Positions 46,493-58,837 of a DNA stretch of 64,000 bases are shown here, one piece after another (positions within the stretch are counted from its first letter, which is position 1; each line of letters starts with the position of its first letter). The translations under genes were made by a program, and so were the position numbers. The stretch is taken from positions 1 to 64,000 of the forward strand of contig CAVSMN010000021.1 in NCBI GenBank assembly GCA_963729045.1, in the 5' to 3' direction. The notes under the pieces are model-generated. The model saw only the letters and a list, made by a program, of their open reading frames with translations, had not been told where the DNA came from and searched no databases. Origin of the DNA: an uncultured Nitrososphaeraceae archaeon (GTDB lineage Archaea > Thermoproteota > Nitrososphaeria > Nitrososphaerales > Nitrososphaeraceae).

Positions 46493-47290
46493 TCAATTTT
46501 GGTTTCTCACTTCTTGCATGAACCAGATCTTACCACATATCAAAATTTAGCATTAATTAGTCAACCCGTTGAATATCGTATTAAGTATTGTTCGGTAGGA
46601 TTTTATTTCAATATACTTTGGTTCAGGACCAGAGATTTGTGAAACGAATTTGACATCAAGAATGGAATCCGCTAAAAATATTATTACGGTATTAATCACT
46701 ACCCTGTTCCGAATTACTATTTGACATTGTTGAGCAATCCCTTTTTGAAAAAATTTGTACTTAATCTCAACTCTATCAACCAGTCTCACCTATTGGAGTA
46801 GATGGAATTTGAATATAATATTAAAAGTCAAATATTTGTGGATCCATACTATGATCTAAACCTAACATATTTACTTGTACCCAATAATATTCACCCAACC
46901 TGTTATTTATGAAATTCTTCCTTACACAAATTCGATTTAGAAAAATATTTATTTCCTTTTCGCTCATGTTAGTTAACACACTTTTCTTTGGGATTAAAAA
47001 GGCCCCCGGATATCTTAAAATTGAGATAGCTTGTAATGCGATGGACTTGTTTTTAAAGAGTTTTTTCAGTGACCCCACACACAAAGAATTGCACACATGA
47101 AAAACATCTAAAGTTTGAAAAAGTTTGTGAAAATATAAATAGAGTTTTGCAAATGTCAGACAAGAAATAAACATGTCTTCAATTTAGATATATACTGGCT
47201 TGTTACAAATGGATAAGCAATGTACGGATAAATATTTCAGCGAACGTTGCTCCTACCATAATTTAAAGTAAGCTGGATGAAATATTTCCT

Positions 47291-47680
47291 CTATCTTACC
47301 TTAAATTGGCCACGCGGAGGCAATTCCTGAAGTGTCCAAGCGTTGCCATCAGGATCATTAAAACGAATGAACTTCCCCCAAGCTTGTACATCGACGTCAG
47401 TAACATCCACTCCGCGCTTTACAAGTTCATCATTAGCGGCCTGAGCATCCTTGACTACCATTTGTAAACCTTTAATGCTACCAGGTTTCATATTCTCGGC
47501 AATGCCAATCCCAAAACAAATTGAACAGGCAGACCCAGGAGGTGTCATTTGAACAAAACGTAGCTTTTCGTTCACGGTATGGTCATGGTCTAAGTTAAAA
47601 CCTATTTTATCTTTATAAAAATCAAGTGCACGATCCACATCAGTTACTGGAATTGCAATCAATTCAAGTTTCATTTCCAT
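47291..47680 (-). CDS. VOC / glyoxalase family protein
   Basis: IPVTDVDRALDFY..KIGF..D.D...RFVQMTPPGS.CSI; WG.F..F.DPDGN.W.LQE. Confidence 0.9.
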   Translation of the reverse strand: MEMKLELIAIPVTDVDRALDFYKDKIGFNLDHDHTVNEKLRFVQMTPPGSACSICFGIGIAENMKPGSIKGLQMVVKDAQAANDELVKRGVDVTDVDVQAWGKFIRFNDPDGNAWTLQELPPRGQFKVR

Positions 47681-48828
47681 CAACAATCCACCCAACACTA
47701 TATGTAAACAAGACAATACTCAAATACTGGTTGGTCAGATGAGTTCTTTGAATAGATATCCATGAATATCTATTATATATCCATGAATAAAAAGATGCGG
47801 TAGTATTGATTTTGATATGACACCATTTCCTTCTCATATCGGGATTTTTGCGGGGAGGAATGTAAAATATTAATTGAGTATCATACCTTGTTGATTGTTC
47901 TTGAAACATTGGAGAGTCGGAGTGCATGTTTCCGTTATCTAATTATATTGCCACGTTACTACCAAAGTTTAATTGAATCAGGATGTTCATGTTGTTACAA
48001 AACCTGATTTTCCTTCGGTTCGACAACAAAGAAAACATTTCTAAATAAATATAATCAAACTGTTTTTGTAAGTCAGGAGGATAATAGATATTCTAGGTGA
48101 TACTGTAAAACCCACACTCTTAAAACTATTTGAGTCAACTCTATTGAAATTAGAATAGATGGTGCTTTATGACTATAATATCAAATACGAAAAAAATGAT
48201 ATTAGATCTTATAGTGGAAAAGAAACAAAAGGTGTTAACTAAGTCAATTTTAGCGAAAATCACAATAGGAGGTGATTCTAATCTTATCGAGAGAGAAAAA
48301 TGAAGACAATCATGAAATTGAACCATTAATGATTTCCGTCCTGCCTATCATATCAGCTCAAACAAAGTGGAATTGTTTTAGAGATTGAGGACCTTTTTCA
48401 ATTACTCTTATCGAAGGAAACGAATTTCATGACAAGTGTTATTTCCACTCGAAAAAGACAAAAAAATCCACAATGGGTTTTAAACCTATTCTTGATTTTA
48501 TTTAATTCCAGAATCAGGATATAGTCCAAAACTAATGGTGGCACCTAAAGAAAGCATCAAAAAAAACAATCAAGTAATTTTGTGAAGCAACGATTATCCT
48601 CATTTGACGGATAGAAATTTCGAAGAGACTACATAGAGGGAAAAGTTGCCTAGAGTTTCATGCTCCTACAATTGAAGAAGTGAGGAGGCCTATTCGTTGC
48701 TATCCCGATAGGCGTATTCGTTCAATCGTGATTGTAATGACATGGAATCTATTTAATATGGGTCATATATCTCCAATTAGGACCTAATATCATTTTGATC
48801 TTTATATACGAAGTTATCATAACATAAT

Positions 48829-50209
48829 ATGCAAGTTGCTGTAAGATTTAATGGAGTACTTCCAAATGTCTCTGAGTTAGGAGAAGAAGAAATCTCTGAA
48901 AGAACCTTCAAAGTAATGAAGCAGAATATCGCATCAAACACGTCTTGTTCTATTTTTTCAAAAAATGAACATAATGAAAATACATCTCATGTACTTGTGG
49001 ATGTTGGCCGTGGAGTAGTCCAAAGCATTGAGCGAGGATTCTCTAGTCTTGAATTCAAATCATCATCTTTACCAGACCCCCATCTTCCTAACGCAATTTT
49101 GATAACTCATTCACATGATGATCATATTGCAGATCTTCCAGCCTTAATAGAAAAAATTACTAATAGTTCCAAGAATTTACAGATTTTCTGTACCTGAAGA
49201 ATGCTATACACAGATTGTTCAAAAGTTTCCCCAACTTTCATCTATTATTTCATCCAATCCCTCTTCTGTAATAAACAATAATGCTGTTTCAGTTAATGTG
49301 ATACGTCCAAACAATATCTTTAACATTGATAATCTTTCGATAACTCCTATTTTGGCAAACCATGGTAGCGATACTCCTACTGGTTCAGTCATTTATGTAG
49401 TAGATACAGATAATATAAAAATGGTATTTGGATGGGATTTTCTTTCTCTAGTAGACGTAGACGAAAAGATACTCTGGAATCCTGATCTTGTTGTACTGGG
49501 GGCTCATAGCTATAATCCGCATCCAGAAACAGGAATGATCTCTGTTTCAGATGCTTACTCACTAATAAGACAATGGAATGCTAAAGATAGCTATATAGTG
49601 CATTATAGTGGGTTAGCAGATCTTGAGGATGCTAAAAATCAATGGTTTAGAGGACCTACAAAACCTATGACATCGGAGGAACTACAAAAGGTAATAGATT
49701 CTAGCGGTCCTATAACAGGTGCAGAAGATCATTATTCTTTTAAAATAATAGTAGCAAAGGAAGGAATGATATGGCATTCAAAAACACAATTTGAAGATTC
49801 CATGGAACAAAATGTTAGCAATGAAAAAATAGGAAATGAACTATTAATTGAAGGGCTTGAAAAATATGTATTGAAATTTGAGCATAATTCTATAGACAAT
49901 AATTTAAAAATTATGGTTGAAGATCGAATTAATAGACGCGATTTATCCTTTGTTAATCCACACAAAGATAGTAAATACGATAATATAGTTTATGCAGAGG
50001 CAGAGAAAGGAGGAATGATGACTCGTGGTCCAGAATTGAGAATGGAGGTAATGGATACAATTCCACAATCCTCGCAGTCACAAGAAGATTCTGCTGTTGT
50101 TAAAATACTTGCTTACAAAGGTAAAAAGGATGTTTATAGAAACGATATACGGATTAATAATTCAGACGCAGTAAGGTTGAAAAGATATCTTCAAGAAAAT
50201 TTAACATAA
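48829..50209 (+). CDS. MBL-fold metallo-hydrolase with C-terminal extension (frameshift at ~49195)
   Basis: LVDVG, ITHSHDDH, ANHG, GWD, IVHYSG motifs. Confidence 0.85.
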
Positions 50210-50552
50210 TATCCTAAGCAATTAATATATCAGAAAAGGTACCTATTTCTTTATACATGTCTATAGGTACGGAAAAGATATTCTATTTAATATATGAACA
50301 TTCCTTATAATATGAAACTTTTGAGCAATAGTTAATTGGTCTATTTTATTGATAGTAATCTTAAAGTAAAAATTTAAGAGATCAATAAACTTATCGACCA
50401 TACGATGTTTACAAAACAATGAATTATGATATCTATGATGTAAAATAGTGATTTGTTGACATTATTATCGATGAATCTCTTGCTATAGACACAACAATGT
50501 ATTTCAAAGCGGATATCACATACTAATTCAATTCAATACTCAAATTAAAAAA

Positions 50553-50586
50553 TAAGGACAAATTTGTTTCATATACCGCCTAACCC
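50553..50586 (+). repeat. Dispersed dyad element, class B
   Basis: TAAGGACAAATT-TGTTTCA-TATACCGCCTAA-CCC. Confidence 0.75.
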
Positions 50587-50849
50587 ATATCAGATCTGTA
50601 ATGGATATTTGTATAATCTGATGAGAATGGCAGCAGCCCTAGAATGTCTGATTTGAACACTTTAGATGAACTAGTTTATTAAGCAAGTATTTCGGCTAAA
50701 GATAAATCAAAAGCTACGTCACGACAATTGAAGCATATAACTATCACTTTTGCTTTCACTTTAAAGCAATTACAGTGATTTTTCAGACGAGGGCTTAACT
50801 AGGAAGGATTAATTGACCGATCTGATTGAGTTCATGAAAGATTTACAAA

Positions 50850-52350
50850 ATGAGATGCGAGAACCCTGTCATGAATCAGATACTCGATGCTTATAAACCG
50901 ATGTGGTCGCTAAAACATGCCATTTCTCTAATGGGTTGGGACTTTGAAACTTATATGCCTAGAGAAGGGGCAGAAGAGAGGGGAGTGGCCGATTCTCAGC
51001 TTCACATGATGCATAAAGATCTTCTGCTAAAGAAAGATTTTAGTGGTCTTGTTGAGTCAGCGAAGAAACTGAGGAGCCTTAGTGACTTTGAGAAGGGAAT
51101 TGTACCAGGTACTTGATAGGGAAATAACTAAGCAGGTCAAGATACCCAAAGAATTGACTGAAGCAGAATCTTTGGTAAGGATAAGGGGAAATATGGCATG
51201 GAGGGAAGCAAGGGCAAAATCTGCTTTTAAGATGTATGAACCGCACTTGAAGAAGATGATAGAAATAAAGAAGCAAATCGCTGCGAAGATAGGTTATGAA
51301 AAACATCCATATAATGCACTCTTAGATACATTCGAAGAGCAGCTTACCGTAAATGACTTGGATAAAATATTCGATGCATTAACCCCTCGTATTCAAACGC
51401 TTCTGAAAAAACTCGTAGATTCAAATAGCCCGTTCTGCAAAACGAACAAACTTGCAAAATCAAAATATGATATCAATAAAGTGAATGAACTCAATCACGA
51501 TATTTTGACTCTTCTGCAATACGACATGAAACGTTTCAGAATGGATATATCCACTCATCCTTTCACCGAGACTATGGGGCTAAACGATATCAGAATAACT
51601 ACTCGGTATGAAGGGATTGATTTCAAAAAGTCGATATTTAGTACCATTCATGAAGCTGGTCACGCATTGTACAATCTACAATGCGATCAATCATTGTCTT
51701 TTTCTCCCATTGAAGGAGGATCTTCACTTGGACTCCATGAATCTCAGTCAAGGTTTTGGGAGAACATTGTGTGCAGAAGTATGCCTTTTGTTCAATTGAT
51801 AAGTCCATTGATTAGAAAACAAATAGATTTCACAAACCAAACTACAGATGACGAATTATACCTTTATTTCAATAATGTCAAAGCTGACTATATACGAGTT
51901 GACGCCGATGAAGTTACTTACAATTTACATATAGCAATTAGGTATGAGATAGAGAAAAAAATATTTGGAGATGAGCTCAATGTATCTGAGATTCCTGAAT
52001 TCTGGAACGATAGAATGGAGCAGCTTCTTGGTGTGAGGCCAACTAAGGATTCAGAGGGAGTGCTTCAGGATACCCATTGGAGCAGCGGCCTTTTTGGGTA
52101 TTTCCCAACTTACACTCTGGGAAATTTGGTTTCAGCAATAATTGCTTCAAAGATGCGAAAAGATCTAGAAGACTCCGAGGAAGACATTAAGAGGGGTAAT
52201 TTTGATCCTATCAGAAAATGGTTAAGATTAAAAATACATCAGTATGGATCTGCTTTTGCTCCCAAAGTACTTCTTGATAAGAACCTAAATGAAGGATATA
52301 ACCCAGATTACTTTGTTAACTACCTTGAGACTAAATATCTTGGCTCCTGA
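50850..52350 (+). CDS. Carboxypeptidase, M32 (Taq) family (frameshift at ~51105)
   Basis: HPF, DIRITTRY, HEAGHALY, HESQSRFWEN, IRVDADE, GYFPTYTLG. Confidence 0.95.
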
Positions 52351-52769
52351 ACCATTGTCTGGATGATATCTAGAATCCGACTCATTATCGGTTCAAATGA
52401 ATTGCAATGTTTAAACATGTATCCGGATAGAAGATGCTAATTCAGCCTAGTTGGAATTGAGTTTGCAGGTTGAAGCAAAATTCCAATATTGGCTACCGTT
52501 CTCTGATACCAATTAATGGAAATAATACTAATCATTGTTAAACTCAGTTTTGACTGTTACGGGATGGAACATGAAACTTGGAGCATTTCTTAGGATAATA
52601 GCGGATATTGTTGACAAGTTCCACAGGTTATCTTCTGTGGAAAATGATTGGATAAGTTCTTATGTAATCATTCAAGAAATATCAAGAAGCTGAGTCAGGA
52701 CTAGCATGTATACCTTGTGGGTGAACCAAAGTTTGTCACAAGTCACAACTGTCCGTGTTGTACCCGTCT

Positions 52770-53062
52770 CCAGATGGAGAATGACCCACCGTTACAGTCT
52801 CCACCACATTATTATTTTGGTCTACTACCGAAACTGAGCCCTAGAATTGATTCATCACATACGTATGCCCATTGTCCGCGTTAAAGACGACACCACTTGG
52901 ACGGTTCCCAACCGTTATAGTTACTATGACCTCATCCTGAGCTAGAACTTTAACTAAATCAGCAAATGAAACCGCTAAAACAGCAAATACAAAAAAGGTT
53001 AGAAAACAAAAGATAATGAAGTCAAGATCGAAAATGAACTTATTGTATACACAAATCTTCAT
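52770..53062 (-). pseudogene. YVTN-repeat beta-propeller remnant
   Basis: Signal peptide then ITVGNRPSGVVFNADNGHTYVMNQF*GSVSVVD..NVVETVTVGHSP. Confidence 0.7.
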
Positions 53063-53240
53063 TTTGAACTGGCCACATAATAATGACTATTAATTTTACT
53101 TTTAGATGTTTCTTCTATATCACTTGATGTTGTTCTAATAGAATAAATTTGATTTCGTGGTCTGTGATCATCAAAAATATCAAAGTTATTTTGTTATAAC
53201 CTGTAACCACGGAATGATAATATTCCAGGATTTCAAAACT

Positions 53241-53287
53241 GAGTTGCAAATTCTGTCAAATTTGTTTCATCTACTATCTTACCCGCA
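53241..53287 (+). repeat. Dispersed dyad element, class B (right arm decayed)
   Basis: GAGTTGCAAA-TTCTGTCAAATT-TGTTTCA-tctactatctta-CCCGCA. Confidence 0.8.
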
Positions 53288-53531
53288 TATTATGCGGGAA
53301 TATATGTCAGATATTCTTTATTATATTCGTCATGATGTAAGGAACTTTATTATTTTCATATTAACTGGAGATTAAATATATCTCTGGAAAATTAGAGATC
53401 ACAAAAAGAAATATTTAATTGTTGGACAATCTCTCATGTTTAAGCTTTATTCTAAAATCTTATCCAATCTAGTCAAATTACAAATCAGGCCAATAACTGT
53501 AAAATATTAGAACTCTGAATATTGAGTATCT

Positions 53532-53930
53532 GTGAATATTATGGATAGTCAAGGAAACGGAAAAAACAATATTAACAACAATAACACCAAAGATGAGCAA
53601 AACATGAACAACCCTAACCAGTTTAGATTGATTACGGATTGGTGGCAACAGAATTCGCCTATGGCTTGGGGTGAAATGTATAATGAATATATTGAATACA
53701 TTACGTCCATGACTGAAATATACAAAGAGTACATTAAGCGCTCAGAAAAAATGACCGAATTGTATAAAGAATTGGCAATAAATACCGAAAAAATGACTGA
53801 CCTGTATAAAGAGTCTGTTAAGAGTACCGAAAGAATGAGTAATCAATGGCTAAATAAATTTCCTAATCCTCTATTTTCAAAAGAACAAAGACCAGAAAAA
53901 CGGGTTAGTAAACTAAAAGATAAAAAATAA
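53532..53930 (+). CDS. Helical hypothetical protein with internal MT.LYKE repeats
   Basis: 14-aa repeats (MTEIYKE / MTELYKE / MTDLYKE); enclosed between two dispersed elements. Confidence 0.6.
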   Translation: MNIMDSQGNGKNNINNNNTKDEQNMNNPNQFRLITDWWQQNSPMAWGEMYNEYIEYITSMTEIYKEYIKRSEKMTELYKELAINTEKMTDLYKESVKSTERMSNQWLNKFPNPLFSKEQRPEKRVSKLKDKK

Positions 53931-53968
53931 CTATGATTTGAAATTATTTACAAACAAACTTGAAATAC

Positions 53969-54018
53969 TCATGTGGATATCCTTATGATTTCCACCGATC
54001 CAGATCTCTATGTTAGTA
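53969..54018 (+). repeat. Dispersed dyad element, class A + tail E
   Basis: TCATGTGGATAT-CCTTATG-ATTTCCACCGAT-ccaGATCTCTATGTTAGTA. Confidence 0.9.
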
Positions 54019-54312
54019 TTGATCAGGATTTTATTGCAAATACTACAAATTCAAGGTGGGATAGTAGCGAACTAAGACATAAAATTTTTCTTGTCCTTTC
54101 TCATCATTCAGGTAAATATAACCACTTCTTGTTGAAGATGGGGGCCATATGGTCAAGTTCTCCGATTATCAACGAAAAATTTGGTGGTCGGTCTCATGGT
54201 CAAATGTTCAAATGTCGAATTAATGTCAATTACTAACGTCCAAGGCAAATTTTCAAAAGCCCCGATTCAAACATGTCTTCTACCCTATCCGATATCGTTA
54301 CTTCGCCTGTAT

Positions 54313-54839
54313 CTATCTCCAATGCCACATAAGAAATGTACCTGTGCCATTTTTGTCGACTTGATCCTTGTAGATTCCTGCTGAATTGCTCGGAAATGAG
54401 AGTTCACCTGTAGCACCATCATCAAAAATTGCTATTCCGTTGCTATCAAAACTACCATCTGGGTTATAATTGCCAATCGCATAAAACTTATAAGTTGCTA
54501 TATCTTTATCATCAGTAACATATTTTGATTTTCCTTGGATGTAGGATGTGTCATTGTTTCTGAAAGTCTCAGTGCCATTTCCAGCTGCAGTTATGTTTAA
54601 TGTACCATTAATTAATCCCTCGCCTGTGAAACTTGCGGTAATACTGTTGTCTGTAGTTTTCGGCTTCCCTGCGGTAGTCTCATAATGTTCAACAAGAAAT
54701 GGGTTTCCCAAATTCAAAATTGAGATGTGTTGGTGTTATCAATGGCCTGGGTGTATTGTGTGATGGCGGCCATAGAAGAGAGGGTTACAAATCCAATAAT
54801 CAATGCTAAAGCACTATTGTTTTTGATTCTGAATTTCAT
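54313..54839 (-). CDS. Secreted hypothetical protein (…FLMWHWR family), frameshift at ~54718
   Basis: Signal peptide from ATG 54839; mature part aligns with 33511-34098 (LG.PF.V..Y, G.ING.L, TETFRNN, ATG.LS, FLMWHW). Confidence 0.75.
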
Positions 54840-55204
54840 ATCAATCTTTTTGATATAGTAGATTAATAAGTTTGCGTCGTATTTCAAGGAGGAATGCTGA
54901 AAATAATATTGATTATAAATTGGTAAATATTCCTTACTCTGTTGTTTGATGATTCTTTTGACAAAATCATGTTCAATATTCTAGTAACTAACTAAATCAT
55001 TCAGATTATAACAATTGAGAATCTATTTAACAACAAGAAATGGACTACAGAAATTTCCAGGCAATCAAACTTTAATCGCGGCTTATTTTCATATCTATAG
55101 ATTTTTTCTTATATTACAAAAACATGTCATATTTGTTACACTTACCCATGAAGCCATCTAGGGTAACTAATCTCAGGTATCTTGAGTAGGCTATCTGCCC
55201 AATG

Positions 55205-56758
55205 TCAGTCACTATGTCTCTTCGATATTTTCATTCTTATACCATTTTTTGGTCTGAGTGTTACTAGTGACTGTATTTTTATATTTACACTATCTTTCTC
55301 TTCAAGTGTAATCTTCCAATTATTGACAACATTTGCTAACACGATAATACCTTCAATCCAAGCTAATGGTTCTCCTATGCATGATCTAGGACCGCCACCA
55401 AAAGGAAAGTAGCAAAATCGTGGCATTGATGTTTTAAATTCTAAAGACCATCTTTCAGGAATAAACTTTTCAGGATCTGAAAAATACCTGACATCATGAT
55501 GCATTAGATATTGACTCATTATAATAACTGAGCCAGAAGGTATGGAATACTTTTCATTTAGAGAGTAATCCTGTATAGTCTGACGACCTATAGCCCAAGA
55601 AGGAGGGTAGAGTCTCATTGACTCCATCAAAACTTTTTCTGTATATTTTAATCTTGTTAAATCATCAACGGTGATAATTTTTCTGTTGCCCTCATCATCC
55701 TCTTTCTCCTTAAGTATGGTGTAAATTTCATCCAGAATTTTAGATTCAATCTTAGGATTACAAGATAATAGATACAAAGTCCATGTCAACGCATTAGCAG
55801 TCGTCTCATGCCCTGCTAAAAATATCGTCATTACTTCATCTCTAAGCTGTTTATCAGTCATTTTTGAAGTAGCTTTCTCTTGTTCTTTACCTTTCTCGAA
55901 TAATAATTGTTCGTCATTATCATTTACTTTTTTATCTGTTGAACCGATAAGAACAGAAAGAATATTTAATTCGTTTTCATATTTTTGGAAATTCTTTTGT
56001 TGTCCTAATTGAGTACCATTAGTTTTAGATTCATTTATTTTCTTGTTTTCATCAACAGGTGTTTTTTGACGTTGCAGATCAATTTTACTATAAATTGTAT
56101 TATCTAGTTCTTTTAAAGCCTCTTTATATTCCAAGGTTAAGGGTATAGGGAGTCTTTCAATAAATCTTAAAAATGGAAGTCTGAGTTTGTTAATATACTC
56201 TATAATTAGTGTAATATGATCACTAATTTTATCGATCTCATTTAATGTTATTGCATTTTTTCCAAATAGTAGTTTACTAATTATAGAGAGTGTTAATTTA
56301 GTCATTTCTTTATGGATATTTACTATCATTCCTTCTCTCCAGTTTGTATTTGTATATTCAATACAATGTTCTGTTATTATGTTTCCAAATGTCCTTACCT
56401 TGTCTTTGGTAAATGCTTGCTGGACCATTCTCCTTTGCTTTGAGTGACTTTCTCCCTCATTTGTTATTAACCCATTACCAATTACTCGTTTTGCTAACTG
56501 CAATCCTGGACTTTTAACAAAATTTTGATTATGTTTTACTAGAATATTCTCAATTAGATATGGGTCATTTATGAGATATACATGTAACTTTGGTCCAAAT
56601 TTAAAATGAGAAATATCGCCGTACCTAGTGGTGATTTCTTTTAGTATTGGTAAAGGATTTGATATGAATTTAAAAGCCAACCTGTAAGGAAATATCTCAC
56701 GTGGTCCTGGTGGATATACATGATCTGCATTTTTATTAGAAATTGACTTCACTTTCAT
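55205..56758 (-). CDS. Cytochrome P450
   Basis: AGHETTA (I-helix), ESMR (ExxR), PERW, FGGGPRSCIG (heme Cys). Confidence 0.97.
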   Translation of the reverse strand: MKVKSISNKNADHVYPPGPREIFPYRLAFKFISNPLPILKEITTRYGDISHFKFGPKLHVYLINDPYLIENILVKHNQNFVKSPGLQLAKRVIGNGLITNEGESHSKQRRMVQQAFTKDKVRTFGNIITEHCIEYTNTNWREGMIVNIHKEMTKLTLSIISKLLFGKNAITLNEIDKISDHITLIIEYINKLRLPFLRFIERLPIPLTLEYKEALKELDNTIYSKIDLQRQKTPVDENKKINESKTNGTQLGQQKNFQKYENELNILSVLIGSTDKKVNDNDEQLLFEKGKEQEKATSKMTDKQLRDEVMTIFLAGHETTANALTWTLYLLSCNPKIESKILDEIYTILKEKEDDEGNRKIITVDDLTRLKYTEKVLMESMRLYPPSWAIGRQTIQDYSLNEKYSIPSGSVIIMSQYLMHHDVRYFSDPEKFIPERWSLEFKTSMPRFCYFPFGGGPRSCIGEPLAWIEGIIVLANVVNNWKITLEEKDSVNIKIQSLVTLRPKNGIRMKISKRHSD

Positions 56759-56967
56759 GAATTCTATTTATGTTTCAACATGCCAATGTATAATTATTTT
56801 TACGTGATTTAGTTATTTTTTGTGAAATATTCATATTATTTGATAACTTTTCGCTGGCGCCATTCGAGATTAATGGTATAAGGAGTTTCATTATATAGTT
56901 AGAAAGATGACGAAATATTCGCAGATCCGTAAATCATCTTCATCTAACCTCCCACTAACAAGTCCGT

Positions 56968-57002
56968 ATTCCCACCGATTGCGCTACCTTATATAAGTAA
57001 CG
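56968..57002 (+). repeat. Dispersed element, right half-site + tail E
   Basis: ATTCCCACCGAT-tgcGCTACCTTATATAAGTAACG. Confidence 0.75.
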
Positions 57003-57215
57003 AGATTTTATGAAAGGGTATCATTCACTTAGAATAATATTACTTTTAGATGCCCCTATAAAATTTAAATCACCGTAATAACATTGCACTACCACAATCT
57101 AACCATTAAATCAATTTGAGGAATTAAGGTCCCAGAGCTTATTATGGTGAGAACAATTTGAAGAGTGATAGCAGCTTGCTCTATATACTAAATATAATAT
57201 AATTTAGTTTGTCAA

Positions 57216-57609
57216 GTGGAAGAAATGAATTTGGAGGGTAATAGAGTAGTGATGATTTTTTTGGTAAGATCCGATATAAAAATGAGCAAAGGACAAATTG
57301 CAGGTAAAGTAGCAGATGTTACTCAATATGTTATAGAGGAATGCATACAGAGAAAATACATTACATATACAACGTGGAAGAAATTCCATGGTTCTCAAAA
57401 AATTGTCTTAAGGGTAAATTCAGAAAATGAATTTCATGAATTACATTCAAAACTAATTGAGTTATCTCATGAACTCAGTTTTCCAATCAAGATTGTAAAA
57501 GATGATCAAAAAATAAAGATAGTCTGAAAATATGCCCACAGTTTTAGTATTTGGACCCATAAAAAGAAGCAAGGTTGAACATATTGTTGCTGATTTAAAA
57601 TTATTGTGA
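57216..57609 (+). CDS. Divergent peptidyl-tRNA hydrolase 2 (Pth2)-like protein (frameshift at ~57525)
   Basis: VR.DIKMSKG.IA, W....Q.KIVLRV, then PTVLVFGP...V..I..DLKLL* in the next frame. Confidence 0.75.
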
Positions 57610-57775
57610 ATTGCTATAATAATAAATTATTACTCTCGTACGACGCAATGTGCTTAGATAGATTTACCTATTCAATTATATTTTGTTATAGATTGATGAC
57701 CTTCTTGTAATGGTTCCCTTGTATAACAAGGCCCAAGTCAAAATCTGTTTTTTAACCCATTGTTTGTTGCTCGAC

Positions 57776-57828
57776 TCATAGAGATATCCATATGATTTCC
57801 ACCGAACACGATACCTATCCATGGTAGC
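57776..57828 (+). repeat. Dispersed dyad element, class A + tail E
   Basis: TCATAGAGATAT-CCATATG-ATTTCCACCGAA-cacGATACCTATCCATGGTAGC. Confidence 0.88.
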
Positions 57829-57924
57829 TATTGGACATTCTTTTGTTGATAATGCAAACGAGAGTATTGATACGCTGAATTATGTTATGAATCTACTTAT
57901 GACTATTCTTATAATTACTTAATA

Positions 57925-58455
57925 TTATTGAAGAGGATTTTCTATTTCATTTTTCGTATAGATCTTAAACATTCTTTTGATTTCATCTCTCATTCCTTCC
58001 GGTACTTCATAATAGACTATTATCTGTAAGGAATTGTTTGGTAGACTGTGAGATTGAGAGCCATGAGTTTTTCCTTTGAATTCTTTTATTAAATCAGATA
58101 GCGTCTCATAATGTGTTATGATCGTATCGGGTGACCCTTCTAGTATTTCCACAGAGTTATCCATCGGCTGTTTGTTGTTTGAGTTAGGCCATGATTTTTT
58201 ATAATTGTAATTATTCTTACTGCTATAATTATTCTGGAAATCATTTTTGTAAAGCGTGGGCTTTGACGAGATATTATTGTCAATTGTTCCTGCACCTGCC
58301 GATTTATTGCTATAGATTGCTCTGTTTGGACAAAAATGTTTCTTCTTTGTTAGAACCTCTGAATATTCGCTATTTAGGGTATTCCAGTAAATTTTGGTGT
58401 TACAACCATAGACACAATATTTTGAATTAGTGTTGGAGACCTCGGATGAACTCAT
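57925..58455 (-). CDS. Hypothetical protein with N-terminal CxxxC...HxC zinc motif
   Basis: YCVYGCNTKIYW...KKHFCP; Asn-rich linker; C-terminal GKTHGSQSH..IVYYEVP. Confidence 0.7.
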   Translation of the reverse strand: MSSSEVSNTNSKYCVYGCNTKIYWNTLNSEYSEVLTKKKHFCPNRAIYSNKSAGAGTIDNNISSKPTLYKNDFQNNYSSKNNYNYKKSWPNSNNKQPMDNSVEILEGSPDTIITHYETLSDLIKEFKGKTHGSQSHSLPNNSLQIIVYYEVPEGMRDEIKRMFKIYTKNEIENPLQ

Positions 58456-58666
58456 CTAAATAATTATACTTTTTAGTTAATATATATTACGCTGTGTAAC
58501 AATAGGTAATTTATCAAGATATTTTCATTATTGAAGTTACGGACTTTGACGAATTAATTACTATTATGTTTCGTTAAGTCATTAATCATACTGAAGACCA
58601 TTATTTTAATAACCCTCTCATGATCAATATGGAATGTTTTCTGTCTCAAATAAGTAAGACCTACCT

Positions 58667-58837
58667 TCTGCAACAGGAACTGATGTCGTAGGTCACTACA
58701 CGCAGATGGTATGGAAATCTACAACTGAGGTTGGTTGAGGGACCGCCAGCGGTGGGCCAGATGACTCCAATGGGTGGGACATTCTAGTTTGTCGCTATAG
58801 CCCACCGGGCAACTACATGGGGCAAGCACCGTATTAG
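58667..58837 (+). pseudogene. CAP/SCP domain C-terminal remnant
   Basis: VVGHYTQMVWKSTTEVG*GTASGG..DILVCRYSPPGNYMGQAPY*. Confidence 0.85.

Noticed and set aside
46553..47174. Minus-strand ORF fragments (also decayed sequence at ~32600-33330 and ~48190-48500)
   Set aside because: Probably gene relics, but I recognised no family, so they are not called.
53973..54236. ORF MDILMISTDPD...
   Set aside because: Starts inside a class A element, so it is translated repeat sequence. The 5' extension of ORF 13737-13958 has the same origin.
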